Assembly (NCBI GenBank): GCA_030141605.1 | Contig: JAQGDQ010000919.1 | Location: 16,448-80,447 of the forward strand | Source: Tubiluchus corallicola | Lineage: Eukaryota; Animalia; Priapulida | Length of the DNA stretch: 64,000 nucleotides | Direction of reading: 5' to 3' | Shown here: positions 26,887-38,834 of the stretch, piece after piece | How positions within the stretch are numbered: position 1 is the first letter of the stretch | Layout: every line of letters begins with the position of its first letter | Notes under the pieces: model-generated | What the model was told of the DNA's origin: nothing | What the model saw: only the letters and a program-made list of their open reading frames with translations | Databases searched by the model: none | Program-made: the position numbers and the translations under genes

Positions 26887-27555
26887 ATGGCCGGTAGCTC
26901 TAGTGGGGACAACTTTCGACATGGGACATGTGATCCTGGCAATGTGTGGCGTGATTTTTGCGACCGGCATGCACGGGCAGCTGCAGTGGAATTTGCTCGT
27001 AATTTTCGCGTCTTTGTCACCGAACATCACACTTATGCAACTGCGGCTGCGAGAAGAGAATTTGCAGAAAGATACGTTCAACAGTTCATGGAGAGCTTTA
27101 TGAATGGATGCGAATCAAATGACAGACCGGGCACCATCGGCAGAGGTTCGCGACCAACTTCACTACAAATTGCTGCTAATAGGTTATCTCGGAGTTTGAC
27201 TACAGACGATTCTCCGGATAACTTCTCCGGCTGCTCTGAGCCCGAAAGCGAGTCTCCCAAAGTGCGAAAGCCTTTTCTTAGGAGGCTTTCTTTCAAAAAC
27301 ATAAATAGGGTGAGGGGAATATTCCAGAAACAGCATTCGGACGAGGTACGGTTGTCGTCCAGCGACTACGACAAACCCAATAAGAAATTACTGAAACGAA
27401 AAACAAGTAAAATTTTCGTCGAAGTCAAACGTGAGGGAATAGTGAACTATCTAAGCGGTGAAGATGTTTCTGGAAAAGCTAGATGGGAAAAGTGCCGGCT
27501 TATGTTAGTAAAAACTGCTGGTGGATACATGCTTGAGTTTTATGCACCGCCAAAG
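26887..27555 (+). CDS. SH2B: SH2B/Lnk adaptor, first coding exon (Phe-zipper and start of PH domain)
   Basis: WRDFCDRHARAAAVEFARNF matches the SH2B phenylalanine zipper (recalled human [20 protein letters not shown]); PH start REGIVNYL...WEKCRL...LEFYAPPK, then donor gtattt. Confidence 0.95.
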
Positions 27556-27655
27556 GTATTTATAGTTAGTATTTTATATTTATTGTATAGCATATAAAAG
27601 TCACATAGCACAAACCATATGCTGAATTGCACTTTCAGAGCATTTCACTGTAACT

Positions 27656-28159
27656 TCTTCGTCTTCCCAGCTTTTCCCTATTCGGGTTCGCCGTTGTGAA
27701 TGAGTCTTCTCCACGCATTCCTGTTGTTGACCATCTCTTCATTTATGTCTTCCCTTCCCACATGATCTTCACCGACTCTTCTTTTCAGCTGTCCACACCA
27801 TTGCAATCTTGCGAGGCTTCCACTACTTTTACCGTTCCTCTGATATTATTATTTCTAATTTTATCTCTTCTTGTTATTCCCACCATCCATCTCAACATGC
27901 TCATCTCCACCACACCCATTTTCTTCTCTTCGGTCTTCTTTAGAGAAGCTGCTTCCAGCCCATAGATTAGAGCGGGTCTGACCACTTCTTTGTGGACTTT
28001 CCCTTTAAGTCTCACCGACTCATTCATAGAAGGTTTTGGCACAGTTTTTATAGGCGGATGCCCTTCCTGACCCTAACCCTCCCTATTTATCCGGGCTTGG
28101 GACCGGCACTGAGCTGGGCTGGCTTGCCTCCCCCCCCCCCCCCCCCCAGTGGCTAGGTT
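27656..28159 (-). mobile_element. Bipartite non-autonomous RTE retroposon (5' UTR fused to ORF 3' end)
   Basis: RTE C-terminal peptide VVRPALIYGLE...EMSMLRWMVGITRRDKIRN; RTE-type 5' motif GGTCCCAAGCCCGGATAAA...TCAGGAAGGGCATCCG; GAA-type tail; 19 bp TSD AGAGCA(T/G)TTCACTG(T/A)AACT at 27637 and 28160. Confidence 0.85.
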
Positions 28160-28864
28160 AGAGCAGTTCACTGAAACTAATATTTGTTTAAGCCAACATT
28201 CTCAAATCTTCAATCGTTAATGTCACTCAATTACACATATTATATTACCATAGTTAAAACTGTGTGTAGCTGTGCTGTCAGATGACTATAATGCTTTCAC
28301 GCGAACCTGGTCAGTGGCGAAATTAAACCAAAGTCTTGACGGCTATTAAAGCACAAATATCCATGTATTTTGTTCACAGTTTTAGCATGGCGTAGGCACT
28401 GCCTGTGACATTGTCACGGCATTTGGTTTTTGTGTTTAAAGGCAACTTTGAGATTAAGCAGTAGTAATACATTAAGTATCTAGTACTTTGAAAATTTTTG
28501 TATAATGTTATACATACGGTCTAATTTAATTTCGAGTTTCGTTTCTTGGCTTTATCTATCCAGATGGAGGTTGCCAAAGATTCCGTAGATGCTTATGTAG
28601 AAGCAGAGATAGGCAACTATTAAAGGCGGTACAGGGTGATAAGAAAAAATAAGTTAGTGTTGTTCTGAGACTTGCCATGGTCGTAAAGAAGACAAAATGC
28701 CTTTTAAGTCTCAAAAATTTTTGCTATAAATCGCCAGCTAAATATGGACAAGAGTCTTGCTAACACAGATACGGGTGTCTCCTGGGGTACCAGTAAGATA
28801 AAATCCTTGCTAGAATGCAAGAGCAAAAAGAATTTTTATTAATTGTGTTGGTGTTAATGCTTAA

Positions 28865-29322
28865 CCCTTTAATACCCGTTGTATCCCGTGGGATACGAGA
28901 ATATTTTCTGCCTTTAAAAGTAATCAAATTTTAAAACTGACAGTTATTTGATCTGTTAATAGTTATTTTGATTTAAGCCAATAACAATAGACTAAAAATG
29001 GTGATAAAATGGCAAATTAAAAAATTTACATAGCATAAAAAAACTGTGCAAGGTACAGTACTTTAGAGACGACTTTGTACAGATCAGCATAGCGTGCATA
29101 CTAAATGTCTTAAATACTTTAAAAAATTATCAACAGTTGCAAAATGAGGCACATTTTATGTTTCCATTGAATCCCAATGTATCCCGTGGGATACAGGCTA
29201 TATTTAGCACGCGGGCACGGGTAGAAAAAAATAATTATTATGTGTAAACAAGATGGACATACTGAACAAAAGTACCAAGCCAAAATTTTTTTCTTATTAA
29301 AAATAATTTGGGATTGAAAGGG
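28865..29322. mobile_element. piggyBac-like MITE
   Basis: TTAA|CCCTTT...AAAGGG|TTAA; internal near-palindrome GTATCCCGTGGGATAC twice (28881, 29179). Confidence 0.75.
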
Positions 29323-30092
29323 TTAAAGGTCAGTAAACATAAATATGGTTTTTCATGCACAGAACACCATTGTTTTGAATGATTTTCCATAAATTTAAAT
29401 GAAATTGTCGTGCTGCTTGCATTATCTGTGTCACAGTAAGGTAGTGGGCAAATATTTTTCACGTGGCATTGACAAGATTTTGGTAAACAAGATCATATTT
29501 GCTGATTGATGACTGATTATTGAATCAGCGTGGTGTACTACATTTCAATGACAAGCAGTAAGAGTCAGCAGTTTGTGGGTAAAGGTAATGTAAGGATAAC
29601 TTCTGACTGATATGATTCACAGCACTTGATGCTTGGTGAACTGAGATAAGTTAGTTATATATTTCCACTCTGCATCTTATAATAAAAATACAGATAATTT
29701 CACTGAAGTAAATATAAATGCAATATAATCCAGAAATTACAAAAGAGATTCTTATGCAGCATACACATGTGCAAATTACATTACAGAATGATTTTGATGC
29801 ATACAGTTTGAGCCTAAAAGCATAGCTTGACAGGCCAAACTGTACGTGGCAATCTTAAAGAAGTGATTAATAATTGAGATAATGATAATATATACACAGA
29901 TGTGGGGAGAGTAGTGAACAAAAGACGAAATGGGGCGAGAGCTGTTTCCTGTATAGAAGTACTTCAAAATTTGTATTATCACTTAAACCGCATGACATTT
30001 TAGCAAATCAACATACTGAACAATGTTTGTTGTCCCTCTTTCAGCTACTGTATTCCTTGTTTATCAGTTATGACGATACGTGACTTCGTGGT

Positions 30093-30490
30093 TAGGGGTG
30101 AGCATTCTCTACCAGAAAGCGAATTCGAATCGAACCGAATTTGTGACTTTCGAATTCGAATCGAACCGAAATTCAGTGTTTCGAATTCAAACCGAATTCG
30201 AATTGAGTTTGAAAGATTTTCGAACCACCAGTAAAAATTAGTCTTACAAAGATCATGCATATCACTAGATTTTGTTCTGCAATAAAACGACTAGTCATTT
30301 GTTTAAAATTGTGCACAGAAATCACTGCTAAATTATGCTAATTACACGTTGTTTCAGTGTATAAGTGATAAAGAACATATGTGATTGAAGTGCTGAATTA
30401 TTCGAATCTGTAGTTTTGGATTCGAATCGAGTTCGAACTAAAAAACTCGTTCGAATCGAATTCGATTCGGACGTTCGATGCTCACCCCTA
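30093..30490. mobile_element. hAT-like MITE with subterminal TTCGAA clusters
   Basis: TIR TAGGGGTGAGCAT...ATGCTCACCCCTA; flanks TTCGTGGT/TTCATGAT (8 bp, 2 mismatches). Confidence 0.85.
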
Positions 30491-30954
30491 TTCATGATGC
30501 TTTAATAATGTAACAAAATCAGATTTTTCGTAACAGCTGTGGACACTTGCTCACAAACTTCATTCAGCAACTTTCTACAGTCGTAAGCTTAAAATTAATT
30601 AACCTTTTTGTTATTAATTTGTTATTAACTTTATTAATAAATAAAAAATTAGAGGTATAAAAGTTTTGGCGATAAACTGAATTACGGAGATTCTAATAAA
30701 ATGTGATTTTTGGTTTACGAATCGAAGCGGCACGCCACATACAGTTATTGTTTTTGCTTGCCTAACATCCGGAATTGGAATAGCTATCAAGATTGCTGGT
30801 TTTGCCAGTAGCACGTTGCTGTGATGTTATTGTTGTGACTTTGTCTGTTCTCACATCTTTTTGTTGTGGGTGGATCAGATGGTTTCCTGTCTCAGCTGGA
30901 GGGCCGGATGGCTCGGCTTATACGTGTTCAAAGCAAAGCTTGCATTTGGTCTGA

Positions 30955-33308
30955 CTCAATGGGCAGTGTCCGTTTTGAACAGACCCTAGTCTAACTTGCA
31001 TTATAACAGAATTTATTTCATGTCTCGTTTCTAGTTTGGAGTATGAACTTGGTGGTCGACTCTCAAGGGGCAGTGTCCGTTTTGAACAGACCCTAGTCTA
31101 ACTTGCATTATAACAGAATTTATTTCATGTCTCGTTTCTAGTTTGGAGTATGAACTTGGTGGTCGACCCTCAAGGGGCAGTGTCCGTCTTGAACAGACCC
31201 TAGTCTAACTTGCATTATAACAGAATTTATTTCATGTCTCGTTTCTAGTTTGGAGTATGAACTTGGTGGTCGACCCTCAAGGGGCAGTGTCCGTCTTGAA
31301 CAGACCCTAGTCCAACTTGCATTATAACAGAATTTATTTGATATCTCGTTTCTAGTTTGTAGTATGAACTTGGTGGTCGACCCTCAAGGGGCAGTGTCCG
31401 TCTTGAACAGACCCTAGTCTAACTTGCATTACAACAGAATTTATTTCATGTCTCGTTTCTAGTTTGGAGTATGAACTTGGTGGTCGACCCTCAAGGGGCA
31501 GTGTCCGTCTTGAACAGACCCTAGTCCAACTTGCATTATAACAGAATTTATTTGATATCTCGTTTCTAGTTTGGAGTATGAACTTGGTGGTCGACTCTCA
31601 AGGGGCAGTGTCCGTCTTGAACAGACCCTAGTCTAACTTGCATTATAACAGAATTTATTTCATGTCTCGTTTCTAGTTTGGAGTATGAACTTGGTGGTCG
31701 ATCCTCAAGGGGCAGTGTCCGTCTTGAACAGACCCTAGTCTAACTTGCATTACAACAGAATTTATTTGATGTCTCGTTTCTAGTTTGGAGTATGAACTTG
31801 GTGGTCGACCCTCAAGGGACAGTGTCCGTCTTGAACAGGCCCTAGTCTAACTTGCATTATAACAGAATTTATTTCATGTCTCGTTTCTAGTTTGGAGTAT
31901 GAACTTGGTGGTCGACCCTCAAGGGGCAGTGTCCGTCTTGAACAGACCCTAGTCTAACTTGCATTATAACAGAATTTATTTCATGTCTCGTTTCTAGTTT
32001 GGAGTATGAACTTGGTGGTCGACCCTCAAGGGGCAGTGTCCGTCTTGAACAGACCCTAGTCCAACTTGCATTATAACAGAATTTATTTGATATCTCGTTT
32101 CTAGTTTGGAGTATGAACTTGGTGGTCGACCCTCAAGGGGCAGTGTCCGTCTTGAACAGACCCTAGTCTAACTTGCATTATAACAGAATTTATTTCATGT
32201 CTCGTTTCTAGTTTGGAGTATGAACTTGGTGGTCGACCCTCAAGGGGCAGTGTCCGTCTTGAACAGACCCTAGTCTAACTTGCATTATAACAGAATTTAT
32301 TTCATGTCTCGTTTCTAGTTTGGAGTATGAACTTGGTGGTCGACCCTCAAGGGGCAGTGTCCGTCTTGAACAGACCCTAGTCCAACTTGCATTATAACAG
32401 AATTTATTTCATGTCTCGTTTCTAGTTTGGAGTATGAACTTGGTGGTCGACTCTCAAGGGGCAGTGTCCGTCTTGAACAGGCCCTAGTCTAACTTGCATT
32501 ATAACAGAATTTATTTCATGTCTCGTTTCTAGTTTGGAGTATGAACTTGGTGGTCGACCCTCAAGGGGCAGTGTCCGTCTTGAACAGACCCTAGTCTAAC
32601 TTGCATTATAACAGAATTTATTTCATGTCTCGTTTCTAGTTTGGAGTATGAACTTGGTGGTCGACTCTCAAGGGGCAGTGTCCGTCTTGAACAGACCCTA
32701 GTCTAACGTGCATTATAACAGAATTTATTTGATGTCTCGTTTCTAGTTTGTAGTATGAACTTGGTGGTCGACCCTCAAGGGGCAGTGTCCGTCTTGAACA
32801 GACCCTAGTCTAACTTGCATTATAACAGAATTTATTTCATGTCTCGTTTCTAGTTTGTAGTATGAACTTGGTGGTCGACTCTCAAGGGGCAGTGTCCGTC
32901 TTGAACAGACCCTAGTCCAACTTGCATTATAACAGAATTTATTTCATGTCTCGTTTCTAGTTTGGAGTATGAACTTGGTGGTCGACCCTCAAGGGGCAGT
33001 GTCCGTCTTGAACAGACCCTAGTCCAACTTGCATTATAACAGAATTTATTTGATGTCTCGTTTCTAGTTTGGAGTATGAACTTGGTGGTCGACCCTCAAG
33101 GGGCAGTGTCCGTCTTGAACAGACCCTAGTCTAACTTGCATTATAACAGAATTTATTTCATGTCTCGTTTCTAGTTTGGAGTATGAACTTGGTGGTCGAC
33201 TCTCAAGGGGCAGTGTCCGTCTTGAACAGACCCTAGTCCAACTTGCATTATAACAGAATTTATTTCATGTCTCGTTTCTAGTTTGGAGTATGAACTTGCT
33301 GGTCGACC
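30955..33308. repeat. 107 bp tandem array (~22 units)
   Basis: Unit GGGCAGTGTCCGTCTTGAACAGACCCTAG...GGTGGTCGACCCTCAAG; period 30961 to 31068. Confidence 0.98.
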
Positions 33309-35136
33309 AATCCGCCAGCATATCTTCAGTAAGCTATATGTCAAGAACAGGTGACGGGCTTCTGTTTTACTAATCACAAGTCTGTATCAAATTGGAAATA
33401 AATTAGTAGGTGAAGCGATGTATGTCTTGTTTGCTTCTGCGATTTGTACGCAAAAAGGGCTTTGCTACGGGTCTTTGGTTTATGAAGTAAACAGCAGATC
33501 TGGACTCGCAGGTACAAAGATTAGGACCTGTCTTCAACAGTATAACGTGGGTATTATTTAACGTGGATATTTTATTACCATAAACTCAATGAAGTACTTA
33601 AGAAATGATGTCGTTCCCATCACAGTAGGTGTAAGATGTGATACCTCTATATTTCGAATCTGTTTTGTTATTGTCGGTCATATTGTCGTTGAGGTAGCCT
33701 GCGGTCGTCTACCATAGTCTTCCAAGTTGGTCTTGTTTGGAGGTACTGCGACTACGAACTCCTGTGTAAAAGGAAACTCAGTCTCGGAAGTACTAGATCT
33801 GATATTTGTGCTTAATATTATATTTAGAATACATAATAATAATGTGACTGTGTTTGACGAGGACTAACAGTGTAAAATTCTAAATCGTTGTTCACTTGTT
33901 TATTTCATTCCCGTGAGTGGGGTACGGTTTCTGTGTTTTCCCGCTATTTGAGTGCAACGTCCTACTAGAGTTGTATTGGCGGTACTAGACAAGGCTTGGC
34001 AAGGGTACAATGCCCCAATTTTAACCAGACTGGTATAATGGCCGTCCGCTCAAGCGTAGCCATTCACCAGACGAGATCTCAGTCATTCATGTTTTGAGAG
34101 CATGTCAGTGGAATGTTACCGGCGTGTGATTCAATAAAGTCTCATTGAAATGAAATCAACTGTGAGTGTGGGAAATGGGAAATGATGCTAGCGCGCGCTC
34201 TGGTGGTGTTGGGTTGCCGAAGCCTTTTGTTCTTTTGTGTGCGTTGAAGTCTGTGACTTTTGGCCTGGCCTGTTAGTGCAATTATTTAAAGAGCCTTGGC
34301 GAAAGTTCAAATTTTGCCACTAGGGCGGCGTTGTGTTGGAGGTGGCATATGGCTACGTGTGTCGAGACACCGAGTTAATTATTACTGTAAGGCTGTAATT
34401 GTCGAACGTGCTTGACTGGTGACATTTGTTTCACCTTGTAATTATATTATCTTCTGTTGCTATGGAAGTCTGCCACTTCTTTAAGAGACCGTTGCTGAAG
34501 CCCTTAGGGGAGGATATCATTAACTAAGCTGGGTGGTTTAGTTTCTGCTTGAATAAGTAAATGCAGTCGGGCAATTCCTTGCTATTAGAACATCTCCAGA
34601 TTTGTCTTAGCCAGTTTTCTGTCTGCTTTTGTTGCGCTCTGCATGCTGGAATCTAGATGGGTGTAGTGAGACCGGTACCCAGCATCTATTAAGAGTAGGT
34701 GAATAGTTGTAGGGTTTGTAGTTGTAGCCGTAGGGTTTTCTGTAATGAGGTAAATAGGCAAGGTCACCGTGGCAGATAAAACCACTTCGAAGCACTTTTC
34801 CTAGCAGTTATCCATCCATTTACTTCGAATAGGTTCAGTATTGCTTAACTTTGATTGCTGAGCGTATGTACCACGCGTTTAGCAAGTTTAGATATCCGTT
34901 GAAGACATGTAGGCAGGTGTCCTAGGATTAACTAAAACAGTATCATAATTGCCAGCCGTTTGAAAATTGTATGGAGCGAAGAATAATTATGCACCACATG
35001 TGTTAACTTGTGTTACGTGACAGACAGATAGCCAGATAGACAGACGACTTGACTAAACTAATTAGCGCATGGGCTAGTACAGGTTGAAGAGCTTTGAGAT
35101 TTGTCTTAAGGAGAAGCAAAATGCAGGCTTGCTCAC

Positions 35137-35286
35137 TGTTGTTGTTGCTGCTGCTACTGTTTTCCTGCTATTTGCTGTTGTTGTTGCTGCTGCTGCTACT
35201 GTTTTCCTGCTATTTTCTGTTATTGTTGTTGTTGTTGGTGGTGGTGGTGGTGTTGCTGCTGCTGCTACTGTTTTCCTGCTATTTTC

Positions 35287-35317
<31 letters not shown>

Positions 35318-35408
35318 GCTGCTGCTGCTGCTACTGTTTTCCTGCTATTTTCTGTTGTTGTTGTTGTTGTTGCTGCTGCTGCTGCTACTGTTTTCCTGCT
35401 ATTTTCAG
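35137..35408. repeat. Compound (GTT)n(GCT)n minisatellite, 5 units
   Basis: Anchor CTACTGTTTTCCTGCTATTT separated by variable GTT/GCT tracts. Confidence 0.9.
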
Positions 35409-36864
35409 TTGAGAGAATACTTTTTTAAATCAAGCACACTGAGCACTACAGAACATTGTGTTGAATGTAGGATCGTCAAGAACTCAAATCATGAGTCAAG
35501 AGCCAGCTGGAGGGGGGGGTCGGGGAGACGTTTTATGAGGCCTCTTTCAGAAACAAAAATCAAGATAAGTGAAACCACGAAGTTGTACAAATTTCTTGAT
35601 TTTAGACTCTAAAAAACTGTAAAAGCCTAAAACTTGCAAAAGTGGGAGCAATGTACACCAATTTTTGGACCTTCCGGGTCGCAATGCATTTCTTACGTTT
35701 TTGAGATTTCTGGAGATTATGTCCTGTGAATTAAAGCTAAACCGGAAGCACTTCCCACTGCGCCAAAAGTTGGCGGAAAATGTAAATGGGGTTAGATGAT
35801 GAAGCCTTTTAACGATTTAAATTAATTTAGCAAAATTACTATTTTACTTAAGAGAGATTTTGGTGTTCTTAGCTTAGTTCTTAACGTTTAAATGGCACGC
35901 AAGATGTATTTCCGTTTTTTCCACATAAACTTGAATGCAATGGTCGAAATTAGGAGATTCAGAATTTTTCAAAAATCCGGCCCGAAGTACGGATGTATGA
36001 CTGAATTTCAAGCTTCCGGGCCATATCAGGAGTGATGACAACCCTAGTTGTGTGAGTCTCCAATTTTGTTTTTTGCTAATTAACATTTAGCTTTAACAGA
36101 CGCATATAATTAAATAAATTATCGTGACAACAATGCAGAACATCAGTTCAGTCTCTGTAGTCTGTGTGTGCTTAATCACGCGGCCTATTGATTACTGGTT
36201 CATTGCACGTGAACTAGGAACTGTAATCAGAAATTCCGTATCACATAAAACGTTTAGGATTCATCGTATTAGCTCAGGTTGATAAATCCTACCGCAATGA
36301 TAATGAGACTAAAGGTCTGAGTCATAAGTGCATGTTATGTAATTTATTGATGCAACTCCCACGTGCTGTGCTTTCATTCATATCTTGAGTGTAATTACTA
36401 ACCACGAGGGGGATTAAATTGTGCAAATTCACACAGTAGCGAACAGCAATTGTGTGCATTGTCGCCTGTGTTTCTACCAGCATTGTACAGTATACATGTT
36501 GGTACACGTGTATATGGAATTTTATACATTGTTACAGCATTGTGTGCAAAGCCTGCATTGTCTGTAGTCAAGTTGAACATTGTTACTATATTCATTTGTT
36601 ACACAGTAGTCTATTGGATACAATATAATTGTATTTTACTCCGCTATATACATATATATCATCAGTATATGATGGCGTCACAAATGGTATAACTCTAACA
36701 AGAGAAAATAGAGTTGTCGTTGTTAGATATTCTAGCTGTTGTAATAACCCTTCTCACAATTGTACTTTGAGCTATTAACCGTGAGTTTACTAAAACGGCG
36801 CCTACTGTATGTGAATATGATTTAAAATCAGTTATTTCACTTTATGCTGAATTTGGGATAAGCT

Positions 36865-36985
36865 GGACTGCCTTGACCACTGTTGAATGCGGTGGTGTAA
36901 GCGGAAGGTCCCTGGTTCAATTCCGAATTTTTCACATTTGCACTCTTTTCAAGTTTGGTATCAAAATGTGATTAATTGTGGGTCG
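36865..36985 (+). mobile_element. Degenerate tRNA-derived SINE, family T copy 3
   Basis: TGCCTTGACCACTG...TGTAAGCGGAAGGTCCCTGGTTCAATTCC shared with the other copies. Confidence 0.55.
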
Positions 36986-37199
36986 GAAACAGTTTTTAAA
37001 CGCGGTTTCCTCCGAATTTTCTCCCATCTTGCATCGCACAAGCTGTTGTTTTCGTTGTCTACTTTCATTGATGACTAGAGACTAGACTGTCTGCGGCTCT
37101 GAAGCCAGACTATTAGCTTAATAGCATGCAAGTGTGCTTACTGTAGCAGTTAAACACGCATGAATTTGCCAAATGAGTTCATTGACTTAACTGATTTAA

Positions 37200-37881
37200 A
37201 GCACACGAAAACCCTTCATAAACATAAAGCTTGAAAAATTCGTTTTGAAATTTTACATCGCTTACATACTGCCTTTTTGCACACAGGACTTCAGTCGGCA
37301 GTCACGCTGTATAAAACTTGTAAATTTAAACTCCCGCGGTGACCGTTAGACGCAGCCATTTTAACGACAGGTCATTTCAAACAAGTTTAGATAACATTTT
37401 GTAAAGTTTGAAAAAATAACCAGAGCATTCGTAGAGCACAAGTCACTAACTAAGTAAAATTTAAAATTACTGTATCTTGCGAATAAGGTTAAAATACGTT
37501 TTTTGTCACTGAGTAGTGCACCATGGAGGGTGAGTCAACGACATTTTACCACTTGGTGATAACATTTTAAATTATTAATAATTTTCTTTTCTAGTTACAT
37601 AAGTCTTTCCAGCAGGTAACCGAAAATTTAAGTGATATAGTTTTACACGGAAAGTCTTTTGAGACATAATTTAACATTGCTTTTTCTTCCCTTGATTTAC
37701 GTTTGGTGCATGACGTCATGTAATGGCGCCGTCGGAACAGTATTGCGGGAGTTTTGAAATGAAAACAAACAAAAATTCCTTTCAGTGCGAGTACGATATA
37801 CGCATAAAATTGCTATAAAGTAATAGAATTTTTTAAGACGATTTTTCTGAAACTTACTTCAGGCACCCCATTTGTTGTCCT
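37200..37881 (+). mobile_element. Kolobok-like MITE, family K2 copy 1
   Basis: TTAA|AGCACACGAAA...TTGTCCT|TTAA; collinear with 44331-44996. Confidence 0.82.
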
Positions 37882-38834
37882 TTAACTGTGATTCTAGGAA
37901 GAATGGCTGTATCATATGTTGAAGTCGGTACAGTGTGTGTTCACAGTGTTTTCTGTTCGGATCTTGGACAATTTCGATGTATTTTTGCGTTTAGCAGCTG
38001 TGCCTTTTTTTGTAAAGTATATCACAAAGACACCCTCTGCAAAACCCTCTTGTAATTCTCTTTTAGATCTTACACGCATGTATAGATTAAATATTAAAAA
38101 TACATATACGTGTCAATTCTTACCTGCTCGATAATTCGGTTAACGGTAAACCGTAGTTTGTGTTGATTTTACTCGTAAATTCTGCTTTGAGAGACTGGGG
38201 TAGATTTCACTCAATACGAAGCAAGTGAAATGTTCAGTCATTCCTAGTACACCCCATAATTATTGTTATATGATACACTGTAACGTCACACCGCTATAAA
38301 TACGCTTACCGCACGCTGGTCTATTGCGGGAAATAGTATTCAAAACAAACATGTGGTGGGTGTTCAACGAGGTTTACCTATCCCCTTTGGGGGAAGTTCC
38401 TGTTTGCTGTAAACTACTTGTGTTACACCGCTTACGTGTTTATTTGGTCTGTTCTAGATTAGGCTAGTGGATTAAAATGTAAAAGCTTTAGATTGGAAGC
38501 ATGTTTTTGGCAAGAGAATGAATGTTTGACGTTTATTGCTCTATTACATGCATGCATCTGACAATACGACTGTGAAAAGTTCCATACTGTGTTTTCTTAG
38601 TGAGTAAAAAACAACAAAATGATTGAGTGAATTAAAAGGAGTTGCAGAGAGGCAACTTTCTGTAGTTCGTGCTTGAAAAAGCAGATTATTTTCTTATATG
38701 TTAGATGAGACACAAGGTGATAGACAACTAGACAGACAGACGAATAAACCAACATTCATTGTATATTGTACAATACTATAACTTTCAACTAAACCTATAT
38801 GCTACCACCTCCCACCCAAAATTTTGAGTTCTTG

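Noticed and set aside
33310-35000. Possible decayed retroelement or viral coding sequence
   Set aside because: The frames I translated by hand gave frequent stops and no known motif; needs TBLASTX.
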